Below are positions 38,925 to 52,878 of a DNA stretch of 64,000 nucleotides, piece after piece. Numbering within the stretch: position 1 is the first letter of the stretch; each line of letters starts with the position of its first letter. Source of the DNA: Eledone cirrhosa. Lineage: Eukaryota. The notes below the pieces were generated by a model. That model saw only the letters and a list, made by a program, of their open reading frames with translations, did not search any database and had not been told where the DNA came from. A program made the position numbers and the translations under genes. The DNA lies in contig OZ024742.1 of NCBI GenBank assembly GCA_964016885.1, forward strand, positions 135,408,001 to 135,472,000, written 5' to 3'.

Positions 38925-39120
38925 TAATGATTTCATTTATTGGCCACAAGGGCCGACATATAGGGGACAATACAAAAGACAGGGACACTGGGGTATTACA
39001 GAAAAATAGAGTAAACAATATAACAATAAAAAAGTAACAAGAAAAATACAAGAAAAATGACCACCCAGGGTTCGCTCAGGTACTCCACAAATCCTGAACG
39101 ACCCGACGCTTCGAGATAGC
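38925..39120 (-). mobile_element. Tx1/L1 3' UTR fragment
   Basis: tttattggccacaagggccgaca..ggggacaatacaa repeated at 39381-39420. Confidence 0.7.
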
Positions 39121-39130
39121 TACCACTATT

Positions 39131-39323
39131 AATAATTGTTTCTACTTTTGGCACAAGGCCAGCAATTATCCTAGTGTATTACAGGTACTTTATTTTATCG
39201 ACCCCGTAAGAATGAAAGGCAAAGTTAACCTCGGAGGGATTTGAACTCAGAACATAAAGGGCCGTAACTCTTTGCTGCAAAGCATGGCGTCCGACGATCT
39301 ACCGATACTACCAATCCACCGCC
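39131..39323 (-). mobile_element. Full-length tRNA-derived SINE (Meta-like core)
   Basis: A-box-like tggtagtatcgg, B-box gagttcaaatcc, conserved core. Confidence 0.8.
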
Positions 39324-39371
39324 GTACTACTACTACTACTGCTACTACTACTACTACTACAAATAATACTA

Positions 39372-41950
39372 ATGGTTTCATTTATTGGCCACAAGGGCCG
39401 ACATGTAGGGGACAATACAAAAGAAGGGGCCAGTGGGGGTTTTACACAAAAATCGGGTAAAAAACAGGAAGACAATAACAATAATAAAAAAAAATGCAAC
39501 AATGAAAATTCCCCAATAGGGGGGACAACCACACAGGGTTGATTCAGGTACCCCACCAATCCTGAACCTGCCGACGCTTTGAGGGCACCCTGGAAGGGCA
39601 CCTCTCCCCTCCTCAAATTCACCAGCCTACAGACACATTATCAGAGTAGGCCTACTCACACGGGCCGTTCTCGCTACATTCACCCACCTTTTAGCAAATG
39701 TACTGTGAAAGTGAAATTTGAAAAAGTTGTCTTCAGTCCTTTTAAGCTGGACCCCCATAAATCCTCTTTCTCTACTGCCACCAGACAGAGGAACATTGCC
39801 TGCCCTTCCTGGTCAAAAGAAGGCGGTGGGTCGATTTTCACTATGGTCTCGTCTAGTTTTCTAACTAGTTCTCCATCTGCTCTATTTTTCTCTATTGCTA
39901 ACGCCTTACTAATCGTAGTCGTCAATATTCTAATCGCCCGTTTCGTGGTGAACCACCATTTGTTCTTGACGACTGTCCCCGTCAACGCCTGCTTAACTAG
40001 TTCCCTAATTCGATCGCTGTAGGCTTTGCGCGTTATCAGTGACGCGTTTAGTTTCCAGTCGCCAGTAGCCAGGTTTCTGTCTATGAAGCCTATCTAAGTC
40101 CCCCACACAGATCACAAGTTTGGGGTCTGTGCAGTCGACGATCTTGAATTGTAGACAATATATGCTAGAACTATCTATTCCCTTCCAAATTACTCTATCT
40201 AAATACGAGCTGGATAACCCTATGTGGTTTGTCCATGTCCACATTGGCACATTCGGGAAATCCAATTGGTACCAGTCAGACAGTTGGAAATGTCTGAGCA
40301 GGTTTGCGAGGCGCTTACATCCTCCTCCTCTTTCCGCTAATCCCATACAATCCTAGCGTGCATCTAAGATCCCCTTCCAATCACCCACTACGAAGATCTC
40401 CAGTCGCCTGAAGAAATGAAGCCGTCCTGGCCCTGTTGGAACATAAACAGCCACTAGCCAACAAGCATAGCCTTCGCTGTTGGTCACGTGCAACACCACC
40501 AACATACACTTCTGGGTCCAGGAAAATGGTCCTTATCACGAGATCCAGGCCTCTCCGAAACAATAGAGCGAATCCGCTTCCCGACCCCGGCTGGCTTTGA
40601 GATGCGTACACAGTGTAACGGCCGCAGATGGGTGCGAAGGCAAGTGCCTCGGAAATTCTGGTCTCGCTGATGATCACCACATCTATGTCCATTGGCCTGA
40701 GGTCGTTGAACAGGTGACCCGGCTTCCATGACGACCCCAGGCCACGTGCATTTATGCTGCCTATTGTTAATATGGTCATATTGAAAAATACTGGTAAAAG
40801 GTGGAGAAGACCACTTCCCTCAGTTCTTGTGGAAAAGGATGGTTTTTCTGCCCTTCTGACTGTTTGCGGACCTCTCTGGAAGTATGTATTTATATATCTT
40901 CCTTGAAAGTATTTGCCGGAAATCTTCGATGTCCGTGGGGAATTTTAATTTTAGGGTTCTGTATGCTTTCTGTGTAATACGTGTGATTTATATCTGTGTG
41001 GTTGGTGTGAATATTTGGGGTGTTCTGTTGTTTTTCTCTGTGATGCTTGTGGTCTGTTGGATATAGTGTAATAATTGTTTATTGTTCAAGTTTAATGCTG
41101 TGTAATGTGTTTCGGTTTGGTCGTTTGGTTGTGGTTGGATTTGTTGTGGTGGCGAGTGTGGATTTGTTTGTTTCGCTTGTTGGTGTTTTTTGTAGTGTTG
41201 GTGTTGGTGGTGTTGGGGTTAATGATGTTGAAGGCGTTGGTGTTTGTTTCGACGAGGCTGGTGTTGCTGGTGTGGGTGGTGGTGGTGGTACCGTAGCTGT
41301 CTTAACTTACTTGTTTTTTTTAGTTTGTTTCGCCCTCTATTATTTTTTTTTGGGGGGGGGGGGGGGGTAGTGGGTTCTTTCTTTTCTGGTTTCTTTACTT
41401 TTTTACAGATAGTTTTCCACTCCTCCTCTTCGTCGCACTCCGTCTCCAGTTGTGAGAGCTCGAGGAGTGGAATGTCCTACATAGGCGTTGGTGTTGGTTG
41501 CGACGTGGTGGGTGGATCGTGGTGGCACTAGCTTTACTTCTGGCGCTGTGGGCGGTGGTTGTGGTCTTGCTACCTTGCTCCTACAGCTGCTGCTGCCGTT
41601 ACTGCAGCTGTTTTTGCTGATTGACCCACTGGGATAAGCAGGAGAGATGGCCTTAGTTTTTTAGCCATCCCCTTAGGGCAGAAAGCATTTAGGTGGCTTC
41701 CATCGCCACAAACGACACACCTTTGCCTACTACCTTCAACGATTACGGAGAGGTGGCTGCCCTCAACTCTGGTATCCCTTGGATGTCTCTCTGTTCCACT
41801 TGGACGAGGAGCGCCATTCCAGAACCAAACGAGTTCTCTTGTTTGATTTTCAAAACCTCGATCACAATGATGTTGTCTTCGATGTCGGCGAGGACGGTAG
41901 CCAACAAAATCGATTATATTTATCTGATTACTTGAAGTATATTTTATTTT
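39372..41950 (-). mobile_element. Internally deleted Tx1/L1-clade LINE: ORF1 zinc knuckle, ORF2 AP endonuclease, RT deleted
   Basis: CVVCGDGSHLNAFC; TIGSINARGL..IISETR, WTWTN..SYLDRV, PGYWRL; linker fused to the C-terminal segment near 39845. Confidence 0.8.
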
Positions 41951-43849
41951 ATCGAAAGGCATAGTTGACATCGGAAGCATTTGAACCCAGAAATTAAAGG
42001 TCCGTACGAAATATTTCTAAACTAGAGACCGACGCCCTCAAAATTCACCCCGATAATAATAATAAACATTACTTTATTACTTATATGGTCTGGAAGGCAA
42101 TGTGAATGATAAAATGAAAACAGAAAATAGCACAGACGGAGATTCATAAAACACTTATAAATTACTTTTCGAACCAAATCAAATTATATTATCCACACGC
42201 TTTGAAATCCGGCATTAGCGAACGTGCATGCGTTAAGAGTATTTTGGGGTTTTTGAAGTACCCTACATCTGTACATAAGACCTTTTTCCCAAGTAAGTTC
42301 TGGCCACGGGCACTTATAATTTGTATTATAAATGAGGTAGAATGTTTTTCATAAAGGAACGTGATTTCGATGTTAAATACATTTAAAGGATTTTAGGCGG
42401 TCCACGGTCGTAAGCTTCGTTTCACAGCGGTGCACAATCCTTTCCTTGAAATTCGAATGTTATCGGCGTTTCACACTGCGTTGTCGATATGCTCATTGAG
42501 CAAACAAAATCAATGATATTCTTATTTGGGTTTTAGATATATTGATATTTGTGCTGACCTTGTTGTTCTTATAATTTTTATCGTCGTTAACGTTCTAATT
42601 GCTGCTGCTGCAACATGTACTACTATTTTCAGGTTAATTATTATATTTTCGTCACCACGATGTTGCATTCATTTATTAAAAGAAGTACTAACACGAATAA
42701 GTGCTGCTGTGTCTGTTGTCGAACGATGTGGAAATGTGATTATTTTCTTCCTCTATCTTAGCATAATGCCCCACTTTTCTTCCCGTCTCATATATCTACA
42801 AATATTATAACGGCTTTTTCTTTAATCCATGATTTTTAAAGTAATTATGTAAGTGATCTGCAGTGAAGATTGATATAAAGTGGAAGGTCTCTCCCATCTT
42901 TGTTACCACTGCTTTTACATGATCCCGCTAAGAAATATCACCCTTGCAATTCAAGAAGTTAGTCACAGCCCCTATCCTCCAGTTTATATCCTATCTAATT
43001 CTTCCAGCTGCTCCCACACTCCTCCTCAAACCAAATCGCAGATCTATCTACTCCTGCCCCAATAACCACGAGTCCAAATCTCCCATGCATCCCATCAGCT
43101 CTGCTCACAGCTCTTAAAGAGTGTTTTGCATATGGCCTGCAATTGTTCGTGTTATTTTATAAATAAGTATGTATCGGTATATCTTCTAATTTTACGTACA
43201 GCTTGGTCTTATAATTTGTGAGCCTATTGCCTATAAACTACATATATATTTGTACAACTTATAAATAGATCACATTCACTTCTTCTAGACAATATCAACC
43301 TTTAGTGTTCTATTCTATGTATTTCATCGCTCCGATCCCATTCTTCACATTTCGCCAACGACTACTAAATCTCTCTGCTTCCCTTCGCTATGTATAGTTT
43401 CTCTATACAGTTTGACCTCTCATTATGTTTTATGAGTCAGTTTATGCATATTATTTAATTGTATCACTTCATTATCGTACCCTTCTCCATTTCATCTTGT
43501 TTCCGTTGGTATATAATAATTGCATGTGTTAATTTCTCCATCGCACTGTATGCCCTGGTTTCACTCTTATCGCCAATGCCTCAGACCTGACTCTCACCAA
43601 CACATCCTATATGACCTGACATTGCTATGAACATTGTCCTCCTCTTATCTACACCCGGATCCCATACACAACATCCCACATTTCTCACACTGGCGTTTTC
43701 CCTCTCTCCTCACATTAATCCCTCTGCATAAGATCTTCATATCCTGTATTTCTTATTTACAAGTATGATAACCTTCGTATTAACAAACATGATAACATTC
43801 ATATTAACACCTTTAATTCCACTCTTAGAATAAGGACAAGTGCCGAAAA

Positions 43850-44900
43850 ACTTGCGTGTTCACCTCTCACGCTATATATTCCTTACTTTACTTCTTCCAA
43901 ATTCCAGAGTATTGACTTCGTGGGGGCTGCGTCATATGTAGTAGAAAGTCAGGGATATTCATAAGAAATTAAGTGTGGTGTTTTTAAATGTATAAGAAGA
44001 ATCGAATATGTAATTAAAGGATTTTCTGTAGTAAATAAAAATGTTATTGTGAAAACTGTTTGAAGTCAGAGACAGTCTTTGAGAATCTACCTTAGCTATT
44101 TAATAAGGAATCAGAAAACTATCAGCAGAATAGCTCACCTAGATTTAAGTACGCGATGTATTAAGCCAAAAAAATTAAACCTTTAATTATAAGAAGTATC
44201 ATTAGAGAATTTAGTTAATTTGGTAAATTATATGGAAATGGTGACATGATGTGGAAAATATAATGAAAATGTCACTAAGTATGCCTCTGTTCCTTAAAGG
44301 ATCAAACACCATGCATCGGTGATGCTCTGAGTTTGATACGTGACTCAGAAACTGCCTGTTTTTAGTATAATGATCTATCCATGAGCAAAATTTACCTATC
44401 CTCATAACCAAGTGTTGCTGTTGCCTGTTTCCTGGTCAACTTTTTTGGAGGAGTATTACGATGAGGCATAATCCAAGTGTGAACTTACATACCATTCTTT
44501 TGTAAATTTGTGATTATATTTTCCAAAATTTCATTTTAAAAGACTTTTAGATATAATTTGAAGATGATTTGACCGTTAAAATCATCTACCTCAAATAATT
44601 ACAATAGACTGGCATTTTATCCAAAGAAGAATTCATGACAAGAAATGTCCACATCCATCCTTCTTTTTTGAGAAAGGATTAGTTGCTCTTTGGTCGGTTA
44701 GCTGAAATTTAGAAAATGGGATATGAACGGAATTGAGACATGGGTACAAAAAGAGAAAATATGGCGTCCAAGGACTAAATTTCCTTTGCAGTGATTGTTT
44801 GTTTATCAGCAGGAGACAAGCACATTAAACAGCTGATATTTATACGTCTTTGAAAAATTAGAAATTTTTTATTTATAATATCCGTAATCTTAACACGTAA
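43850..44900 (+). pseudogene. Possible decayed TLR remnant
   Basis: IAHLDLS, SLENLVNL, TIR-start-like ELTYHSFV; weak. Confidence 0.3.
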
Positions 44901-45206
44901 ACGAGTGTATATTCATAAATGTTTTAAACTAAATCTTTCTTTGTGTTCGTGGTTCGCAGATGTCTGTGTGTGTGGTGGGGGAGGGGCATATATGTAGCAA
45001 AAAGATGTGAGTTTTGGGATCAGAATGTGTTCAGTATCGTGCGATACTTTGGTATAGACGTAGATCATTGACATTTTTCATCTAACAATTTCTGAAGATA
45101 TACAGAAGAATAAGCATAATGCATGCAAAGAAGCAGCCACACACATATTCAGGGAAGATTAACGAACATATGCACAGATACACACATGTGACGCGTATCT
45201 TGCACG

Positions 45207-45264
<58 letters not shown>

Positions 45265-45956
45265 GAGATTAAGTTTTCTGTATGTGTGTGTGGAAAATTT
45301 TTAATGAGGGCTCATATATTCTAAACAATTCATGCAATTTCTTAGAAATCTTTTACAGAGCTTCTCCTTTCACAAAACCTGTACATGTTCTACAAAGGCT
45401 TTCAAAAATTGATATTGGGGCCTTTGGAGACATTAGAACAATTTCGGTTATTTGTGTGAATTTTCGTGATTAAGTAAGACAAGAGTTATCTTTAAGTAAG
45501 ACAAGAGTTATCTTTCGTAATTCGGCTCATTCGTATTTTAATTTACTCTTTTTACTTCAAACAAAGGTATGCTTCATTGAGACTAACAATATAATTTTTT
45601 ATATTTCACAACCACCAATTTCTAACAGATTACTAAGTTATAGATTTGACAATGTATAATTTATCGTTTCAAGGTTGATGTTCATACATTAAGTGATGTC
45701 ATAACTTTTATAATATTATGCTTTGTACATAATAGTGTCTACTATTCTCTTCACTTCTATATTTCATGATGCGCTTTTACTGTTGTCAAAAAAGACACGG
45801 AGCTCACATATTAATTATTTCGCTGGAATAGTGCCTAAGGTTTTCATGTTTGCATAAAGTACGTTTTTCTTCTATGTACTCAAATTTATTTTGTTTAGTT
45901 TAATGAGCTACATCGAAAGCTACTTGAAGCGTCCAAGGAACGGGTAGTTTAGCTAG

Positions 45957-46009
<53 letters not shown>

Positions 46010-47481
46010 ATGTATGACCCCGACGGCAGAGCTCAAGCCGTTTCGACGGCTATTTCTGGACTACATATATATATATATATATAAACAATGTTATCTTGGA
46101 TATCGAGTTTGAAAGGCGAGTGTATTAGAATTCGTAGAGTAATGATAAAGAAACAGTAATTCTGTTAAAACACCAAAATGCCGTCAATGACGGTGTCGGG
46201 TAAAATTTCCCTCAAAGGATAGAATTGGCGGCAGAAGTGGTAGAAAGGAAAGTGAAAAGGAATAAAAGGACGAGAGGAGATCTCACAAATATTAAATATT
46301 TTCATCAGCTTTTAGACTACCTGTGGTTTCGACGATTTCAGTAAAAGGACCGAGTAAGATAGACGGCTTGTAACAACGGAGAAATGAATATCTCTGTTGA
46401 GATAATGTTTGTGTGAGGAATGGTTAGATTAGATAGGCCGACAGACATATCAGAGAGAGGGAGGAATATATATAATAATGAAATACATGGCAACAGTTTA
46501 TCACTGCATTTATTCATAATCACAGTTATATATATATTTCGTTGATAACCGTTATACAGACAGCTAGAAGTTGAACAGAAAATATATATATACATTCTCA
46601 CTCGCTGTCCCCACTTGCGGCATATTGCGCATTAGCATGACTTAGTTCCTTCCAAAGTTTTTGCATGGCCTCGTTTAGTTTATAAAAATTTAGAGCAGAC
46701 CATTTATACTCCTGCTTATAATCTGTCGTTTTGCCGTCAATTTTTAAAGAGCAACTTAATACTGCTTGTGAGACGAGACGGTAGTGTGCAAATGATTCCG
46801 CATAGTGTTCTATCTGCTTTGACTCTTCTTCCTTAACTAGCCTTTTAATTTCAGCTTTGTCTAAGCGGCGGCATTGCGTTGATGGTGCTACTATATCTAA
46901 CTTCTGATTTTGTGTTTCTTTCTGGGACATTCATTTAGGGTACGTGCGATCACGTTAAATTAGTTGTTTCACTACTGTATCTTGAATTACGGCTAATCAG
47001 TTCTAATTAGAAAGGCATTTGATATTTGGGTTACTCCGTCCTTCAAGGTTGATTTAAGAATAACCCTTTTGCTTTCCTGGCTATGACAAAATTATTCTGA
47101 CCTTTCCTCTAACCTATCTATAATCTGATATGTCATGCACGCTGAGAGCAATACTGTCCAGAACATTTTGAGGAACGGAAGACTTGTGTCAGATTGAAAT
47201 CGACCTGAGTTTTGGTTGTCCATCAGGGAATGTCTATGTGTGAGGTATTTTACTTTTGAAACATGATGTTGGCCACAATAAAAGCGTTCAAAGAAAGGAA
47301 TTTTGGGGAGGTCAGCACGGTCATCAACATTCCCAAGACTATGTTTACCAATTAAAGATGGATAATATGCACGGATATTCCTTATTTTGCAATTAAAGTG
47401 TCCATAATAAAAAGGTGACCGAATAAATCCAGTCTGCTCTAGACAAAACACACACACACATACACACATATATATATATAT

Positions 47482-47548
<67 letters not shown>

Positions 47549-47564
47549 TATATTTATATGTACA

Positions 47565-47618
<54 letters not shown>

Positions 47619-47831
47619 AATATATATATATATATATGTATATATATATGTATATATATATATATACATACATATATCTATGTATATATGTGTGTATGTG
47701 TGTGTGTATATATATATTTATATATACATATTTATATATATACATATATGTATATACACACACATACATACCATACATACATACATATATATGTATGTAT
47801 GTATGTATATATATGTATATATATATATATT

Positions 47832-48438
47832 ATGTCAGGTCAGCAGTTGGTGCTACTGGTAACATGTATCCCAGTACAACCTGTCTCATGATCGGGTCGT
47901 TGGCGACTAAACTGGCAACCCCACCAATGTTTCTTGGTGAGGAGGATGACTTTGGATATCCTGCGGGAATAAAAACAAAACCTGTCAAAGGGCAAAGGAC
48001 CTCTTAAGAGGCAATGGCCATCCAAAATCACCGGAAGAGATGACCGCTTAGCCTTTGTCAAGGCAGAATTCTAGAGGGAAAACTCTCATATAACACCTGC
48101 AACACTGATGGTATCCAATGATGTTGACTTTTTCTTCTTTTTGGTGAATATCATCTTGGTTAAGAGAGTGGGGCTGGCTTTGTGCAATGCCTTTGCTCAC
48201 TATAAAAGCTTCACGGCACAGGCATTGCTTTATATCTGGAGATCTCTCTGCACTTGTCTTCACATGGTACCATGGGCCCAGCACTATGTGTCAATAATTG
48301 ATACAAGTGTAGTGTTTGTACCAGAGTTTTCAAGTCGCTGGCTGGACTAAAAAGTTACACTCGTTGAGCGCATCGGTAGGGGTTCTCCTACATGGATATA
48401 AAGTAGTGGCCGTACTCGAAAACGAGTTGGCAGCCACT
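47832..48438 (+). mobile_element. Short RTE-derived element (putative 5' UTR plus 3' end) in (TA)n
   Basis: 3' part homologous to 18254-18423; 5' part has an HDV-like ribozyme pattern. Confidence 0.55.
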
Positions 48439-48451
48439 ATATATATATATT

Positions 48452-48592
48452 AGGAAAAAAGATGAAATCGAAAATGTAACTGGAGTTGTTTTTTTAAAAT
48501 ATATATTTAATTGGTTCCTTTACCGGTTTCGTAGTTCTTCTGTTTTACAAAAGTAGAATTGAGATGGAGAGTTTGTGGTTTTTCTCACATAT
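48452..48592 (-). mobile_element. Diverged pLTR fragment of the 50-kb Penelope family, with a decayed hammerhead
   Basis: Similar to 50228-50370, including ttggttcctttaccggtttcg. Confidence 0.75.
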
Positions 48593-48838
48593 ATGGAATT
48601 TTGTATTACAATTATTCATGTGCATGTACTCCAAAGGAATTTGTTGAGCAATTTGTAAACTACGAGAAAAATATCACTCGATATCGATCTAAACCCTTAT
48701 CATTATGATTAACTCCCCACAGTATTTCTTTCATTATAGTCGAGTCCTTTCTACTGTTGACGTCATGTTGGTATATTAAGCGTTAGCACCAAAGCCAGCC
48801 TGTCAGGGATTGGAAAGATGTATAACATGCAACATTAT

Positions 48839-48930
48839 AGTTTCTACATTTGGCACAAGGCCAGAAATTACAGAGTAGATTACTGGTACTTCATTTTATC
48901 GACCTCGTAAGGATGAAAGGCAAAGTTAAC
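48839..48930 (-). mobile_element. SINE fragment, same Meta-like family
   Basis: ggcacaaggccag..taaggatgaaaggcaaagttaac. Confidence 0.75.
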
Positions 48931-49100
48931 ATAATAACATACAGACAGAAGACAACAAATATATTTCGACTAGTACAACAAAATAAGTTGATAAACAAAT
49001 TACAATAAAAAATCTTACATCTCGAAGCAGGTCAGATACAATGTGGATATATTGGGCAAATGGTAACACCAAGTAAAAGGAGATTGTGTGTGTTTGTGTG

Positions 49101-49165
<65 letters not shown>

Positions 49166-49497
49166 GGGCGAGAGAGAGAGAAAGAGAGAGAGAGGCAGCG
49201 TGTATGCTATCGCGCTGGTAATTAAACAGTTAGGTAATAGAAGAGGAGCACGCAGCATTATAGTTGTTATAGATTATAGAAAGATGGCACACATAAAAAA
49301 TCGTAATACGTGGGAAGAATGAACAAAAGCATCACCTTCCTCATCAGTCACACAATGGGATATGCAATTTCGTGCAGAATGGTGGATATGTCGAGTTTTG
49401 TTTTCCGACTCCGTTATCTTATATGCCTAAATTAGACAACTTTCCATTGACTAAAAAATAGTTTAAAGCTGTTAAATAGAAGTTAAGGTGATATTCC

Positions 49498-49628
<131 letters not shown>

Positions 49629-49915
49629 GTATATATGTGTGTGTGGGATTCAAAGACCAACCAGATGTGAGAAAAACCACAGACCCTCCATCTCAACTCT
49701 ACTTTTGAAAAGCAGAAGCAATGCGAAACCGGTAAAGGAACCAAATAAATATATATATTCTTTTAAAAATAAGACTCCAGTTGCAATTTCGATTTCATCT
49801 TTTTTTCTTTATACTTTCACTTGTGTAGGACACCTAGGTTATTTTTCATTTTGTAAAAAAACCCTCACTTTCGAATATATATATATATATATATATATAC
49901 ATACATATATATATG

Positions 49916-50103
<188 letters not shown>

Positions 50104-50115
50104 CATATATATATG

Positions 50116-50161
<46 letters not shown>

Positions 50162-50166
<5 letters not shown>

Positions 50167-51370
50167 GTGAGGGTTTTTTTACAAAATGAAAAATAACCTA
50201 GGTGTCCTACACAAGTGAAAGTATAACGAAAAAAAGATGAAATCGAAATTGCAACTGGAGTCTTATTTTTAAAAGAATATATATATTTATTTGGTTCCTT
50301 TACCGGTTTCGCAGTGCTTCTGCTTTTCAAAAGTAGAGTTGAGATGGAGGGTCTGTGGTTTTTCTCACATCTGGTTGGTCTTTGAATGTTACTTGTTTTA
50401 CATGGAAAAAAGTGGCTCGAAACGCCAGTTTTTTAGAGAAGTAATTTGATTGGTTGGTCAATAAGTATAATAAATTTCGCGCCAGTTCGAGTTACAAAGT
50501 TCTTCAAACAGGGGTGGGGTGGGGTGGAGCTCAGGTTGTTTTTTTCATATATGAGTGTTTGAATTTATTTTTACTTAAAAAAGGGGGCTCACGAAGGCTT
50601 TTTTTTTAATAAATGTAATTTGATTGGTTATAAATGAAATTATGGCTGTCACGTGAACAAGTTCATGGCAAACAAAAGATAATGGTCAAGAGAAATGGGA
50701 TGGGAGAATTGTTCTGGTTCAGTGAATATGGTCGGTTCGCTGGTGTGTCAGAATTCAGATTTTCTATTGAAATAAAGAAAGTAGAGATATGTATATTTAT
50801 TTGTGTGCTTGTGTGTGTGTGTATAGGAAGAGGGTTCTATTAGTAGAAATGGGGAAGGGAGTTGTGTGTGTGTGTGTGTATATGGGTGTTATGTGTGCGT
50901 GTGTATGTGTGGGAGTATGTTAGGATGGAGAGAATATATATATTTTGTGTGCGTGTATATGTGTGTAGGAAAGTGATTCTATTAGTAGAAATGGGGGAGG
51001 GGGTTGTGTGTGTGTATTATGTGTGTGTATGGGTGTTATGTGTGTGTGGGAGTAGGGTGAGCATGTTATGGTGTTGGCATAATGTATATTAAATCATATT
51101 TAATGCTGGTCGATATTTTTGAATAAACATATTTTCCTTATTTATTCGTATTTGTTCTGTTGTATTGTCAGCGCAAAGGTAAAATGGGAAGACTTGGAAT
51201 TTGGGTGTCTTATTACTTGCGCATATATCTAGATGTGCGCTTAGTGGTTTCTGTCTCGTTGTTGGATCTCGTAATTGTTGGCGATGAACTGAGTGTGAGT
51301 TTAGTTTGTCCTTTATAATCTTCTTGCATCCGTTACATTTAATGGCATAAAACAGATTTTTTGATGAGCA
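50162..51370 (-). mobile_element. Penelope-like 3' fragment (GIY-YIG at 51089-51370) with pLTR; inverted pLTR copy at 49648-49873
   Basis: CSSKNLFYAIKCNGCK..YKGQT..HRQQLRDP..LSAHLDIC..KENMFIQKYRPALN. Confidence 0.85.
50298..50333 (-). ncRNA. Minimal hammerhead, U3-A8 core variant; second copy at 49702-49737 (+)
   Basis: ctt-TTGAAAA-GCAGaagcaCTGC-GAAA-CCGG-TA-aag. Confidence 0.65.
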
Positions 51371-52044
51371 TATATATATATGGAGAGAGAGCGAGTGGTA
51401 TTATGTATGCATACATATACATATAAATTGTAAGGGGACTTTCGTTGCTTATTCATTATTTAATATAACGTCGTCGCATCGGCAGCTGTTCTGGATAATT
51501 GTGCATAGTTGGATTGAATGGATAGATTGATGATGAGAGAACAAGTACAAAAGTAAGCGATATAACGAGCTAATTTGTTTTCAAAAAAGAAACGTACACA
51601 TACGTACACACACACGCTCACCTATATACCCCCACATACGTGTGTGCTGGTAAGCTTGTACATACGTACATATATATATATATAATGTAGGAGGTGAGTG
51701 TTATTGTAGTACAATAAAGCAATGCAGATATCGGATAAGAAGCACTCTACAGTTTGTAGGACTGGAGTATACATAATATATAAGAACAAAAGATGGTTAA
51801 AAGAGTTCCATGTATTTTCTTATGCGTATCTCTCTATCACCCATCTCTCCTTCTATCTCATCCTTCCTCATTATACTCCTCCCCCTCCACTTTTTACTCT
51901 CATCTCCTCCTCTTTTTCATCCCCCCCCCCTCAAAATAAAATATTTTTTCCCAATATCACACATCAATCTAAAACTACTTTTCATATGTTGATTTAAAAC
52001 TGCACTATCCACAATTGTTTTTTAACCTTCATATCATGTCTTCC

Positions 52045-52115
52045 TGTTTTATCTGATGAAAACACAAATATTATTGCATGATGATATTTGTTTTTGAAAT
52101 GCGCATAATAAAATA
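52045..52115 (+). ncRNA. Type I hammerhead ribozyme
   Basis: tgttttat-CTGATGA-aaacACAAATATTAT..ATGATATTTGTtttt-GAAA-TGCGCA-TA-ataaaata. Confidence 0.8.
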
Positions 52116-52152
52116 CATGGAACTCTTTTAACCATCTTTTGTTCTTATATAT

Positions 52153-52255
<103 letters not shown>

Positions 52256-52369
52256 TGAGAGAGAGAGAGAGAGAGGTAGAACAGTGGAAGGTAATATCCG
52301 TAGTGGTAGAGCACTAAGTCCATAGGACGAGTTAGGTAGAAGTAGTAACACAACAGTTAGTTCGCCATA

Positions 52370-52409
52370 CCGAGAACAATTGTTTCACCTTAGCTGATCT
52401 TCAGCTCGG
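52370..52409 (-). ncRNA. Minimal hammerhead with weak stem II
   Basis: ccgag-CTGAAGA-tcagctaaggt-GAAA-CAATTG-TT-ctcgg. Confidence 0.6.
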
Positions 52410-52756
52410 AGTGGTCATGGTTATAAGGAATAGGCATGCGGTTATTCTTCCTATTCCTCTCGATTACTCGGTCTTGAACTTAAGTTCTCTTATCGAGTGG
52501 TCTTGGATTTCCTACCTATAGTTGCTCGCATATTGCTCGGTTTGTGGGGTTTTTTTTCGCTGTTTTGTTACTGTTTCTCTTTTCTTCCCCTTTGCTTTCC
52601 TTCTCTCCTTCCTTCGTTTTCCCAATAACTTATCCAGTTATTGACGCCCTGGTGTGAAGTGATATCTTGTCTTTAAAGCGCAGAAAGTTCTTTATTTCTT
52701 CGTATTCCCACTGCATTTTAAGTTACCTTAAATACCAACTACACAGACATTTCTAT

Positions 52757-52878
<122 letters not shown>

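Larger units (their letters stand above)
45280..49400 (+). pseudogene. Decayed Toll-like receptor in full domain order, split by insertions
   Basis: LSKIDIGAFGDIRTI, VQMIPHSVLSALTLL, NIPKTMFTN, NYSCACTPKEF, TM ISFIIVESFLLLTSC-WYIKR, TIR-like LHLEAGQ..SKRR and RSIIVVI. Confidence 0.6.

Noticed and set aside
42830-43860. Possible old LINE relic on the minus strand
   Set aside because: Composition is suggestive, but no diagnostic RT motif could be read.
46598-46930. 110-aa minus-strand ORF that looks protein-like
   Set aside because: No recognisable domain; the opposite strand carries LRR-like fragments collinear with the TLR relic.
49300-49350. Minus-strand CTGATGA-GGAAG..CTTCC
   Set aside because: No GAAA follows the stem; other lone CTGATGA hits near 4908, 26094, 27551 and 59357 also lack partners.
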